The translations under genes and the position numbers were made by a program. A stretch of 64,000 nt of DNA from Haplodiscus bocki (lineage: Eukaryota). Of this stretch, positions 37,215-50,415 are shown piece by piece. The DNA is taken from contig OZ296653.1 of assembly GCA_965655095.1 (NCBI GenBank), forward strand, positions 35,774,001 through 35,838,000, given 5' to 3'. Position 1 is the first letter of the stretch; every line of letters starts with the position of its first letter. The notes beneath the pieces were generated by a model. That model saw only the letters and a list, made by a program, of their open reading frames with translations, did no database searches and was not told where the DNA came from.

Positions 37215-40200
37215 TATGTATTGCAATAATTATGTTTTCACATTAATAGGAAGATAAATGAAAGTAGACTAATTAAACTGATTCAACTTCTTCTATCATT
37301 TTCATGTCTAAGGTAAATGTACAGCAAAATATTTCCAGAATGTCATGGCAGAATCAATTATTTAAGCGTAAAGATTAATTAATTCAAGATTATGCGAATT
37401 TCTGTTGCTATTTGTTGGGTAAAATATGAGTAGTTCGGAAACTACCGACCCTCCTTTAAAGTCAAGCATAACTCCATGCAGTAAGTTGTGCCAGACTTGA
37501 GTAAATTTAGTGCAAAAGAAATTTAATTAACTAGTATGGGAATGTTCAGAAGTAAACGGAAGGGCCGAGTAGAGATGTAATCAAACCACAGCTCTTTGAC
37601 ATGTTTCAACTGTCATGGCCATAGGCCATGTGATCGATCTCTCACAGCTTAGCTTTGCCTTCTTATCAGACATTCACCAATCATCGTTCTTAAAAATCGC
37701 TTCGTGACTGACCAGCTGAGCGATAAAGAAGCAAGTGTCTCTGAATTATTTGATTTTTTACAATAGTTTTTTGAAGGGAGTCACGATGTAGGAACTCTAC
37801 TCATAAAACCCAATAATTCGGAATGAAGGTTTGTATGATCCAATTTTTCTGCGAAGTTCACGTTGCGATTTTGGTAATTTGATTTCGGACCGCCCTGTTT
37901 ATTTGAACCCTTTTCTTATAAATTTCGAAGACCGAAGATATTATTGGTACCTAGTTGACCTTTCTAGACCCGTAAATTATGTTGTTGCGGCCACTTCTGC
38001 CTCACTTACTATGAGTTTCTGTCAGCTCATTACGTGCGGTACTATCACGAAGGCTGTTGCATTGCTTATCTACATGTCACTTCCACTACTTACGTCGACG
38101 CCAATACGGGAAATGTAGAAGCAGTTTACTCCCCGTTTCATTCCAAAAGTGGAATTTTTTTCCTGATTTAAACAGAAACTCTAGTCTGCCATATAGTAAA
38201 GTGTTATTGCGGTTGGGATTTTTTCCGATAGCTTTTTCGAAACCTGGAAATCAAACTTTTTGTGGCTCTTTCCAGTGTATCTTATTTAAGTTTGAAGTCT
38301 TTTATTATGGCACCTGACTTCGCGAATGATGTACTTGGTTTTTGCATCAGCATAGAAGAGATACTCCAATATAAGGCTTTTTAAGTTTTGGTTGCTGTTG
38401 GAGAGTTTTATGCTTTTCCTGTTAATAGAATTGGAAAATCCAGCTGCTTTGACTATTTTGAAGATATATTGTTAATTTTAAGTCCCTTTGACTGAAATTC
38501 AGCTCATTAAATTACTTGAATTTTGCATTTATTATGCGGACTTCAATTTCCATCTAACGTAGTATTGTTTAGTTGCACCGAGTTTTCGATAGCGAATATC
38601 TTTCAAAGTTCTAGCTATTTTTTATTTTTTCAGTCTTCTGTTCTATTTCCGGGCTTCTCGGACTCTACATTACCTAATTTTTGGATCGACGTGACGAAAA
38701 GACTCTAACTTTTCACTTAAAATTGGTTGCGGTGTGACGGATCCCGATGTGTTCTTTTGCACGAGAAATGTGAGAGTCGAGATTTTGTGTCAAATTTAAG
38801 TCGCTTATAGTTCTCCAAATAACGTCCGTTTGGCATAGGCTTAGGAGGGGGACTCCAATAATTCAGATACAATTTTTTAGTATTAAAATCTGTGGTAATT
38901 TGTTTTTGGGATCTGGTTTTTTAGGCATTAAGCCGATCAGCTTAAGGTCTACAGATTTCACTTTCGCAAACCAATTCGTCACTGACCGGCTGAGCGATGA
39001 AGTGAATCTGCTAAATTCCTTTGTTACAGTCGTTCAATTATTTTTACTTTTTGCCCCCAGATAGGTCGTACGTCACTATTTACTCTTCCATTTCACGTAC
39101 TTGTTGTAATTGAAATTTATTCAAATAATTCCTTTTGGCAGTTCAAATCACATTCTTATTTTCGCTTGTTAAGCATGGTTACTTTTCATCCCGTCGAAAC
39201 TTTGTTGACTCTTAAAACGACTAAATGTTGCAAACTTTTGAAATCGTTCAAAGTTGAACAATAGCCCATTCTATTCTGCGGAGTTTTTGACGCTTTGAAT
39301 AGTCTGCAATTTTTTCAGCACGATGGGAATTTCTGCTAATTTAGCCTAATTTCATTTTTCTAAATACATTCAGTGTAATGCCTAGCATCCTTGATGCGTA
39401 TGTTTTGTGCGTAAATGTCATTTTCACATTTATCCTGACACGTACGGCTCTAAATTAGCCAAATATTGCATGGAAGTAATAACAGTACTTGTTACCCACG
39501 ACAATTATTGGTTATGGTCAGAATAATTGACTGTAGGTAGTTTCCGAAAAAATTTCAAAATTGAGCTCATTTTGGATATTTGGTAAAAATTGTCGTACTG
39601 AAATTCCATTATCCTTGCAACCCCATGAATTTTGTTTTGAAATGAATAAAAGGCTCTTACAAACGACAATATAATTCTTAGTAGCTGTCAAATTTTTCCG
39701 GATAGGTTTTATGCGAAATAAATTTGAAAAGTCCGCCAAGTGTACCGATTTCGTGCATTGTTGAGATTTTGACATTTTTTGAACTTTTTTATTTTGACAC
39801 TCAGGCCCTCCTCAAATCATTTGATTTTCATTGAAGGCAAGTTAAAGAAACCACTCTATCATCTTCTAGGTTTTAGTTGTGGACGGATTGTTCTTTTGTT
39901 TTTTTTGCAAAACAACTGTGAAATCGAGCACTTTTGAGAGTGCTTCGATGTGTTGCACCCATTAATTTGAATTCATCTTTTCTGCAGTCATGTCGACAAA
40001 CGTCTGATCAATAACTTGCCATTTTTCTATGGGATTCAATTTTGTTGGTTTTACGCAAAAAACATGACTTTTTTGGACGATTTTTTTGAAAATTTTCAAC
40101 GTAATGCTTGACCAACGTAACGTGATTTTTGAAATCAATGTGTGACTGGGAAGGGAATTGGATTCCCAAGTAAATATATTTCTTGCATTTCCAGGATCCC

Positions 40201-40347
40201 CATAGTAGTGTATCACTAGTGCGCCTATCATAAGGTCAAGGGTAGCTTGACAACTCAACCGCGATCCATGAGCTCTTTTGGGCTAGCGAATACCGTAGTC
40301 ATTGTCATTGGTAATATTTCGGAAGTTTAATGGTTTCTTGGTTGGTT

Positions 40348-43300
40348 TTCTACCAGACTTTATTCTTTACCGCGCTGTCTGCTTTGACATTCAATGTTTT
40401 GCTTTTTCTCATACAGAATTGTCTCTTTATAAAATTTTTTGCTATCTGGGCAACAGCGCCCCGATTTTTCGAGTTGGTCTCAATGCCTCAGCATTTGAAT
40501 TTGTAACGGAATTTTATCCTTATCGTTTATAATCTGAAGGAATTTCCTGCTGGTATTCCGTTTTGTGGTTTTGGCTCAGCTGGCTGAAAGGGGCTGTGCT
40601 TAATCAAAGTTTCGATTTTCGTTGAGATCGTCTGAGGGAAACTTTATCCTGAGAAGGTCTTCGAGCGTATTGTTACCAGCAAACGGTTTCTGTTCGAAGT
40701 TCCAAAGCCTAAACCAACTGAAAAAAATCAAAAGCGATGATAAACGTGCCGTTGAAACGTTGCTTGATTCCTCGATTGATAACTGCAAGACAGTCCATCA
40801 AGTGATTTTGGAGTTTTGGAATGAGACAAAATACTGAAGAAGCATGGGAGGCAGATTTATTGATTGATAACTTCAATGAAAGTAAAGTGCAAGGCTTGAT
40901 TTGATTGATGCAAATTTTGAGGAGGGAATCTTGGTCCCATAATGCTGATAGCGATCACGTTTCGTCAGTCAGTTTAATCTATCGAGAAAGAAGCGTTCGG
41001 TTCCCAAGAATTGAACTTCCCACCTTCGATTGGCAGTACAAGAAATAGAAAACTTTTTTTGACATGCTGAAACAAACCGGCCTTGATTACCCTACTCTTC
41101 TGCAGGTTCAAAATGCTCTATTATCTGAATATTGCCTTACACGGTTAAGGTTGACGCATGTTGTCGCCCTCACCTCGAACGAAAGCGAAGTATGATGAAG
41201 CACTCAAAATGCTTCACGGCCGCTACGACAACAAATTTATAATAACAAAAGAGCATTCGATTGACATTTTCCAAATTCATACAAGAAAGAATGCCCTGAA
41301 GGACTTCAAAAGCGCATTGGTTCCCTAATGAGATGGCTTGCAGTGCCTTAGTAGTCGCTACGAAAGTCTTATTTCGTCGGGTTTCAACTTTTGTCTGACA
41401 AGCTGGCTGCTAAAACGCCTGGGTAGTGGCAGTTGAGTAATGTTGATGGCAAGTGACAGTCGACAGATCAACTTCAAAAGTTTCCCGAACGCCGTGCAAG
41501 AGCATTGGAAGCTGGCAATCGTTCAGATGACCAACCGCGCGAATGTCTGAAGAAAGTAAAGTTGAATAAGAGAACTTCGGCAATGGCATCAGTCGACTAC
41601 TGTCTTTGACCCTACTGCAAAAAGGCTCATAGAAAATGTACTTGTCCTGACTGCTCTTCGCTGTACGCTCATGAATGACGCGAAAAAATCAAACATCTCA
41701 GGCTTTATTTTAAATGCTTGAAAGCAGGGCATGGTATCGAAAACTGCTCTTCCAGAAAGTCTTGTCAAGCGTGCAAGAAAAGTCATACATTACATAGCAG
41801 TGTGACACGTCGCAGTTGAATTGAAATAGCGTAACTAAAGAAGACTTTATTTTGTTGGCCAACAGAATGAATAATCGAACTCTACAACAATACTTCTGAC
41901 TGCAAATGTCTGTCTTGGGCTCAACTAACTGCTGTCATGCCTTGTTAAACAGTGGTTATCAATTTAGTTCTCTCACACAAAGTTTGCGCACACATTCAAA
42001 CTTACCTTGAAACTGGACGAGGATAAATTTAATTTGAGTTGGAATTACCTCGGAGTGAAGTCGGACGAAGTTTAGGCTGATTGAACATTGTTTTACAGTC
42101 TGAATCAAAAAACGTCAACGTGTCAGCTTGTGTTCTGAAAAGTCTAACGAGCTCTATCTCTGGTCGACGGCTCCGAACTGCAAGTTTCACCAAGAAAAAC
42201 ATTCAACTAGCGTATCCTGAGTTGGAAATATCCAAACTTGTCGCATTGATCCTGGATGCTCACGTTTTCGAAGAATTGATAGAGAATGAATATGAGGAGC
42301 CTTGAGCTGGCCTTTTTCTGCGAAGATCATTTTTAGGATGGATGATAGTTGGGAACAGGCGGATTCCCTCTCATCCAGTGTCAGCTGTCACTACTCGCTG
42401 GATCAAATACTGCGCAGGTTTTCGGGTGTCGATAACTTGCAATTTTTGTTTTGGATTCTGGACGTCTAGTCACCCCGACATAACTGAACCTTCTCGTGAT
42501 CTTCGGGAAACATCGGACATTTTGCATCTGTTCTCTGAAAATTACAAAATCAAAATATTAGATGTAAAAACCATCCGTGACATTTTTGTCTTTTCTATTG
42601 AGTTGCGAAGTAACCCAACTGTCAAACTGAATTTTTTATCCCTTCGGTTGGATCAGTCATCTTTCCGTTCGAATGTCTATTCCAACAAATTGTGCTAGAA
42701 GCCTTCCGTGGTATGACGGACCCCCCAGCCTCACTGCAAGTCATTAGATTGAACTGCTTCAAGATTTTGTCAATTTGAAGGATTTACAGAAGGCAAATTG
42801 TGTCGTTCTCGAAACGAAACAGTGTACCAAACAGCTCCATGCTTTCTGTGACGCCTCATAAAAGGGTTATGCAGCGGCTGCTTTTGTTGGGCGCACTTGG
42901 GACAAAGATTGTAAGGTGAAAGGGAACCTCCTAACTGCTAAAACCAGGGTAGCACCGTGGGAAGCAATTTTAATGCCATGTCTTGAAATGTGTGGGGCTC
43001 AACTTGGAGCAAATGTACTTTGCCCAACGGAAGAAGTGCTTGGAATAAATGGTGTTTTTGCTCAAACTGACAACACTGTTTTACCTAATTGGCTTTCGAA
43101 GCTGCCGAAAAATATGAATTATTGCATGGCCAATCTTGTCTCAGAGATTTGAGAATTTTCGCCTCGCAGTTATTGTTTTGCGCCATATTGAAAATATAGC
43201 AAGCAAAATCTTTCAAATAGGTGCGTTTTTATTTTATTCGATGGTTGCCAATTGAGCTCGCGCTGAAAACGGTTTTGGCTCGCGTCGTGAATTTTTTTTT

Positions 43301-45387
43301 GCCAAATTAACCAGAATGGCCAAAAAAGCCACAAATGTCAAATGCTAAAAACAAAAAAATGCCAAAGAAGCCAAAATGCCAAAAAAGGCAAAATTACCAA
43401 GATTGCCGAGATTGTCAACGTTGCCAAGATTGGAGAATATGCCGAGAATGCCGAAATTGCCGATACTGAAATAGTGAGATTTCTCGAAACGTTCAAAATT
43501 TGGCTTTTTCGGAAAACTAGGTGCGCCTTTTGAAAAAAAAACTCGAATTTTATTCAAAATCACTGAAGGTGGCAAATTTGATGTAGAATGCGTATCAATT
43601 GGTTTTATTTCTCAAAATTGTCTTCTAATCTAATTATGATGTATTTTGTCAGCAAACTTTGAACGTTGGAAAAATTATGGGTTGCAAAAAATGGGAAGGC
43701 GCAACATATGCCGGTGGTAGGCGGCCGTCTTGTTGGAATCGCGTTCGGACTGCGAGAGATCGGTCAGATAAAACTTCAACGGGGCTCCTGTTTCTAACAT
43801 CGGAAGTGATTCATGGAAGTCCCCGTCCTGGTTGCTGATTATCAAGGACAAATGGCCCCGATACATAATCACAAGTGCAGGAGCTTCTGAGGAGCTGCAA
43901 CTGAGAAAGGTGCTAACTGTCGTAAGTGTTACCGCTATTTTCATTTAAATGGACCGATTCTCAAAACGTTCTCAACTACAGCAATTCATAGCTGCTTTAA
44001 GATAAGGACGTTGAAATTACCTCTGTGTCCCCTTGAGTTTTCTGAATGTCAGCTGGTTTCCCTTCAGCAGAAAATCTTTTTGCTGGATTTCGTTTCAGAA
44101 ATAGACAAAGACTTCTCAAAATGTTCCAAGGTCTTCATTTTTTTTTTACTTTTCATGACTCTGAGATCGACATTCTAAGAGTTGGAGGCAGCCTGAGAAG
44201 TTCGCTTTTTGTTGAGTTCAAGATAACCCTTATTGTTTTCAAAATTTATCTGCCTTTTCAACTGATAGTTCGGCAATATTATGAAGAAACGGTTCATCGT
44301 GGGGCATTTGACCCAAACAGCTGTTAGAGAGCAATCTTAGAATATCAGCGTGAAACCGATCAACCAAATCATTCACAAATGTATCAAGTGTTTTCGATAT
44401 TCGCCGAAACCGTCTTTTCAGCGTTGGCTGACATACCTGCTGAACGGGTCACACCATCGTAACCCTTCAATGTGGAATTGACTTTGATGATCCCGTTTAT
44501 ACAAAAACAACTGAGATTGATTGTCGCAAAACTTACTTTGCTCTGTTTGTGTTCTTCATCAGGAAGTCTCTACACTCGAACCTGGTTTCTATTCTCACCA
44601 AAGGGGCTTGCATTCATGCGACGACATGGTTTTCGTTGACACATGGACTACCTGCAGTTTCTTTAGCGACAACGGTTCCTTTTTCATTGGTCCAGGAAAT
44701 CTTTTGATGTTGAAGGAAGTTCTCACTAGCAAAGATGCTAAGTATTTGGTCGCTTTCGCTAATCAAAAATGTTCCAACTGGCTGACCATACTAACAGGTT
44801 CAACATACTTTGTCGGCCTTTGGGAGGCCGGAATCAAAATCATGCAATGACATACGTCGCGTGATGTGAAAATGAAAACTGAAGATTTCGTTACAGTCCT
44901 CAATCAAATTGAAGTGGTTCTTAATTTGAGGCCGGTGTCGCCTCTCAAACAACCCGTATGTCATGATTCGATTAACGACCCGATAAGATTGCTCTGAATA
45001 CACGATTCGGCTTATTACAGCAGATGCAAATATTTCAGGACCGCTTGAAAGCGAGACTGTTTGATCACAATTCAATACCAAAAAAACGTGTTTCAACAAC
45101 GGACCGGAAATTATTATTGAAGACAACCACAAACCTCTTGAATGGAAAAACGGGTCGCCTTCTGGAGGAATTTTTTGTAATGATAATGCCGCGACGGTGG
45201 TTGGAATATAAACCCCAACAGGAAGACTACTTCGCTGTATTGTAAAGCTGAGAAAATTTTTCTTGGACACCGTATCATTATCAACGGCCATTTGTTCAAC
45301 TCTTGTTTATTTCGACTAAGTATATCAAGGGGTATGGTACGATTTCGAATTTTAATAATCCTCTTTTGATTTGACTAATGCTTGAGT
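40348..45387 (+). mobile_element. Decayed BEL/Pao LTR-retrotransposon internal region, tandem unit 1
   Basis: Gag RIELPTFD (~41007), knuckle FKCLKAGH..C..CQACKKSH (~41705-41790), WTSSHP (end of RT), RNase H LHAFCDAS*KGYAA and LLTAKTRVAP..PCLEMCGAQLG, RVGG, integrase FSDNG, GLWEAGIK, EVVLNLRP; many stops and frameshifts. Confidence 0.9.
43170..43734 (+). mobile_element. Non-autonomous Helentron/HINE (DINE-1-like) element nested in the Pao RNase H region, copy 1
   Basis: Starts TTAT-TGTTTTGCGCC; ends GGCGCAACATA + stem-loop GCCG..CGGC + CTTGTT; internal 9 bp (GCCAAAAAT/GCCGAGATT) tandem repeats. Removing it restores the Pao frame agt-tgg-aat-cgc-gtt (S-W-N-R-V, cf. W-x-H-V) at a TT site. Confidence 0.75.
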
Positions 45388-48300
45388 TCTACCAGACTTT
45401 GTATCATTTTACCGCGCTGGCTGCTTCGACATTCATTGTTTTAACCTCTCATACAACATTGTCTCGTTTTACAAAGTTTTCTGCTCTCCGAGCAACAGCA
45501 ACCTGGTTTTTTTCGAATAGGTCTCAATGCCTCGGCATTTGAAATTGTAACGGAATTTTATCTTTATTGTTTATGATCTGAAGGATTTTTCTGCTGGTAT
45601 TCCGTTTTGTGGTTTTGGCTCACCTGGCTGAAAGGGGCTGTGCTTAATCAAAGTTTCGATTTTCGTTGAGATCGTCTGAAGGAAACTTTATCCTGAGAAG
45701 GTCTTCGAGCGTATTGTTACCAGCAAACGGTTTCTGTTCGAAGTTCCAAAGCCTAAACCAACTGAAAAAAATCAAAAGCGATGATAAACGTGCCGTTGAA
45801 ACGTTGCTTGATTCCTCGATTGATAACTGCAAGACAGTCCATCAAGTGATTTTGGAGTTTTGGAATGAGACAAAATACTGAAGAAGCATGGGAGGCAGAT
45901 TTATTGATTGATTACTTCAATGAAAGTAAAGTGCAAGGCTTGATTTGATTGATGCAAATTTTGAGGAGGGAATCTTGGTCCCATCATGCTGATAGCGATC
46001 ACGTTTCGTCAGTCAGTTTAATCTATCGAGAAAGAAGCGTTCGGTTCCCAAGAATTGAACTTCCCACCTTCGATTGGCAGTACAAGAAATAGAAAACTTT
46101 TTTTGACATGCTGAAACAAACCGGCCTTGATTACCCTACTCTTCCGCAGGTTCAAAATGCTCTATTATCTGAATATTGCCTTACACGGTTAAGGTTGACG
46201 CATGTTGTCGCCCTCACCTCGAACGAAAGCGAAGTATGATGAAGCACTCAAAATGCTTCACGGCCGCTACGACAACAAATTTATAATAACAAAAGAGCAT
46301 TCGATTGACATTTTCCAAATTCATACAAGAAAGAATGCCCTGAAGGACTTCAAAAGCGCATTGGTTCCCTAATGAGATGGCTTGCAGTGCCTTAGTCGTC
46401 GCTACGAAAGTCTTATTTCGTCGGGTTTCAACTTTTGTCTGACAAACTGGCTGCTAAAACGCCTGGGTAGTGGCAGTTGAGTAATGTTGATGGCAAGTGA
46501 CAGTCGACAGATCAACTACAAAAGTGTCCCGAACGCCGTGCAAGAGCATTGGAAGCTGGCAATCGTTCAGATGACCAACCGCGCGAATGTCTGAAGGAAG
46601 TAAAGTTGAATAAGAGAACTTCGGCAATGGCATCAGTCGACTACTGTCTTTGACCCTACTGCAAAAAGGCTCATAGAAAATGTACTTGTCCTGACTGCTC
46701 TTCGCTGTACGCTCATAAATGACGCGAAAAAATCAAACATCTCAGGCTTTATTTTAAATGCTTGAAAGCAGGGCATGGTATCGAAAACTGCTCTTCCAGA
46801 AAGTCTTGTCAAGCGTGCAAGAAAAGTCATACATTACATAGCAGTGTGACACGTCGCAGTTGAATTGAAATGGCGTAACTAAAGAAGACTTTATTTTGTT
46901 GGCCAACAGAATGAATAATCGAACTCTACAACAATACTTCTGACTGCAAATGTCTGTCTTGGGCTCAACTAACTGCTGTCATGCCATGTTAAACAGTGGT
47001 TATCAATTTAGTTCTCTCACACAAAGTTTGCGCACACATTCAAACTTACCTTGAAACTGGACGAGGATAAATTTAATTTGAGTTGGAATTACCTCGAAGT
47101 GAAGTCGGACGAAGTTTAGGCTGATTGAACATTGTTTTACAGTCTGAATAAAAAAACGTCAACGTGTCAGCTAGTGTTCTGAAAAGTCTAACGAGCTCTA
47201 TCTCTGATCGACGGCTCCGAACTGCAAGTTTCACCAAGAAAAACATTCAACTAGCGTATCCTGAGTTGGAAATATCCAAACGATGCTCACGTTTTCGAAG
47301 AATTGATAGAGAATGAATATGAGGAGCCTTGAGCTGGCGTTTTTCTGCGAAGATCATTTTTAGGATGGATGATAGTTGGGAACAGGCGGATTCCCTCTCA
47401 TCCAGTGTCAGCTGTCACTACTCGCTGGATCAATTACTGCGCAGGTTTTCGGGTGTCGATAACTTGCAATTTTGGCTTTGGAATCTGGACGTCTAGTCAC
47501 CCCGACATAACTGAACCTTCTCGTGATCTTCGGGAAACATCGGACATTTTGCATCTGTTCTCTGAAAATTACAAAATCAAAATATTAGATGTAAAAACCA
47601 TCCGTGACATTTTTGTCTTTTCTATTGAGTTGCGAAGTAACCCAACTGTCAAACTGAATTTTTTATCCCTTCGGTTGGATCAGTCATCTTTCCGTTCGAA
47701 TGTCTATTCCAACAAATTGTGGTAGAAGCCTTCCGTGGTATGACGGACTCCCCAGCCTCACTGCAAATCATTAGATTGAACTGCTTCAAGATTTTGTCAA
47801 TTTGAAGGATTTACAGAAGGCAAATTGTGTCGTTCTCGAAACGAAACAGAGTACCAAACAGCTCCATGCTTTCTGTGACGCCTCATAAAAGGGTTATGCA
47901 GCGGCTGCTTTTGTTGGGCGCACTTGGGACAAAGATTGTAAGGTGAAAGGGAACCTCCTAACTGCTAAAACCAGGGTAGCACCATGGGAAGCAATTTTAA
48001 TGCCATGTCTTGAAATGTGTGGGGCTCAACTTGGAGCAAATGTACTTTGCCCAACGGAAGAAGTGCTTGGAATAAATGGTGTTTTTGCTCAAACTGACAA
48101 CACTGTTTTACCTAATTGGCTTTCGAAGCTGCCGAAAAATATGAATTATTGCATGGCCAATCTTGTCTCAGAGATTTGAGAATTTTCGCCTCGCAGTTAT
48201 TGTTTTGCGCCATATTGAAAATATAGCAAGCAAAATCTTTCAAATAGGTGCGTTTTTATTTTATTCGATGGTTGCCAATTGAGCTCGCGCTGAAAACGGT

Positions 48301-50415
48301 TCTGGCTCGCGTCGTGAAGTTTTTTTTGCCAAATTAACCAGAATGGCCAAAAAAGCCACAAATGTCAAATGCTAAAAACAAAGAAATGCCAAAGAAGCCA
48401 AAATGCCAAAAAAGGCAAAATTACCAAGATTGCCGAGATTGTCAACGTTGCCAAGATTGGAGAATATGCCGATAATGCCGAAATTGCCGATACTGAAATA
48501 GTGAGATTTCTCGAAACGTTCAAAATTTGGCTTTTTCGGAAAACTAGGTGCGCCTTTTGAAAAAAAAACTCGAATTTTATTCAAAATCACTGAAGGTGGC
48601 AAATTTGATGTAGAATGCGTATCAATTGGTTTTATTTCTCAAAATTGTCTTCTAATCTAATTATGATGTATTTTGTCGGCAAACTTTGAACGTTGGAAAA
48701 ATTATGGGTTGCAAAAAATGGGAAGGCGCAACATATGCCGGTGGTAGGCGGCCGTCTTGTTGGAATCGCGTTCGGACTGCGAGAGATCGGTCAGATAAAA
48801 CTTCAACGGGGCTCCTGTTTCTAACATCGGAAGTGATTCATGGAAGTCCCCGTCCTGGTTGCTGATTATCAAGGACAAATGGCCCCGATACATAATCACA
48901 AGTGCAGGAGCTTCTGAGGAGCTGCAACTGAGAAAGGTGCTGACTGTCGTAAGTGTTACCGCTATTTTCATTTAAATGGACCGATTCTCAAAACGTTCTC
49001 AACTACAGCAATTCATAGCTGCTTTAAGATAAGGACGTTGAAATTACCTCTGTGTCCCCTTGAGTTTTCTGAATGTCAGCTGGTTTCCCTTCAGCAGAAA
49101 ATCTTTTTGCTGGATTTCGTTTCAGAAATAGACAAAGACTTCTCAAAATGTTCCAAGGTCTTCATTTTTTTTTACTTTTCATGACTCTGAGATCGACATT
49201 CTAAGAGTTGGAGGCAGCCTGAGAAGTTCGCTTTTTGTTGAGTTCAAGATAACCCTTATTGTTTTCAAAATTTATCTGCCTTTTCAACTGATAGTTCGGC
49301 AATATTATGAAGAAACGGTTCATCGTGGGGCATTTGACCCAAACAGCTGTTAGAGAGCAATCTTAGAATATCAGCGTGAAACCGATCAACCAAATCATTC
49401 ACAAATGTATCAAGTGTTTTCGATATTCGCCGAAACCGTCTTTTCAGCGTTGGCTGACATACCTGCTGAACGGGTCACACCATCGTAACCCTTCAATGTG
49501 GAATTGACTTTGATGATCCCGTTTATACAAAAACAACTGAGATTGATTGTCGCAAAACTTACTTTGCTCTGTTTGTGTTCTTCATCAGGAAGTCTCTACA
49601 CTCGAACCTGGTTTCTATTCTCACCAAAGGGGCTTGCATTCATGCGACGACATGGTTTTCGTTGACACATGGACTACCTGCAGTTTCTTTAGCGACAACG
49701 GTTCCTTTTTCATTGGTCCAGGAAATCTTTTGATGTTGAAGGAAGTTCTCACTAGCAAAGATGCTAAGTATTTGGTCGCTTTCGCTAATCAAAAATGTTC
49801 CAACTGGCTGACCATACTAACAGGTTCAACATACTTTGTCGGCCTTTGGGAGGCCGGAATCAAAATCATGCAATGACATACGTCGCGTGATGTGAAAATG
49901 AAAACTGAAGATTTCGTTACAGTCCTCAATCAAATTGAAGTGGTTCTTAATTTGAGGCCGGTGTCGCCTCTCAAACAACCCGTATGTCATGATTCGATTA
50001 ACGACCCGATAAGATTGCTCTGAATACACGATTCGGCTTATTACAGCAGATGCAAATATTTCAGGACCGCTTGAAAGCGAGACTGTTTGATCACAATTCA
50101 ATACCAAAAAAACGTGTTTCAACAACGGACCGGAAATTATTATTGAAGACAACCACAAACCTCTTGAATGGAAAAACGGGTCGCCTTCTGGAGGAATTTT
50201 TTGTAATGATAATGCCGCGACGGTGGTTGGAATATAAACCCCAACAGGAAGACTACTTCGCTGTATTGTAAAGCTGAGAAAATTTTTCTTGGACACCGTA
50301 TCATTATCAACGGCCATTTGTTCAACTCTTGTTTATTTCGACTAAGTATATCAAGGGGTATGGTACGATTTCGAATTTTAATAATCCTCTTTTGATTTGA
50401 CTAATGCTTGAGTTC
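45388..50415 (+). mobile_element. BEL/Pao relic, tandem unit 2
   Basis: Near-identical to unit 1 (offset 5044 at ORFs 40600/45644); private 17 bp deletion at ~47281. Confidence 0.9.
48197..48761 (+). mobile_element. HINE-like element, copy 2 (duplicated with the unit)
   Basis: Same sequence and insertion site as 43170-43734. Confidence 0.75.

Noticed and set aside
43342-43575. Repetitive ORFs (AKKGKITKIAEIVNVAKI and its antisense) present three times
   Set aside because: Translation artefact of the 9 bp minisatellite inside the HINE-like element.
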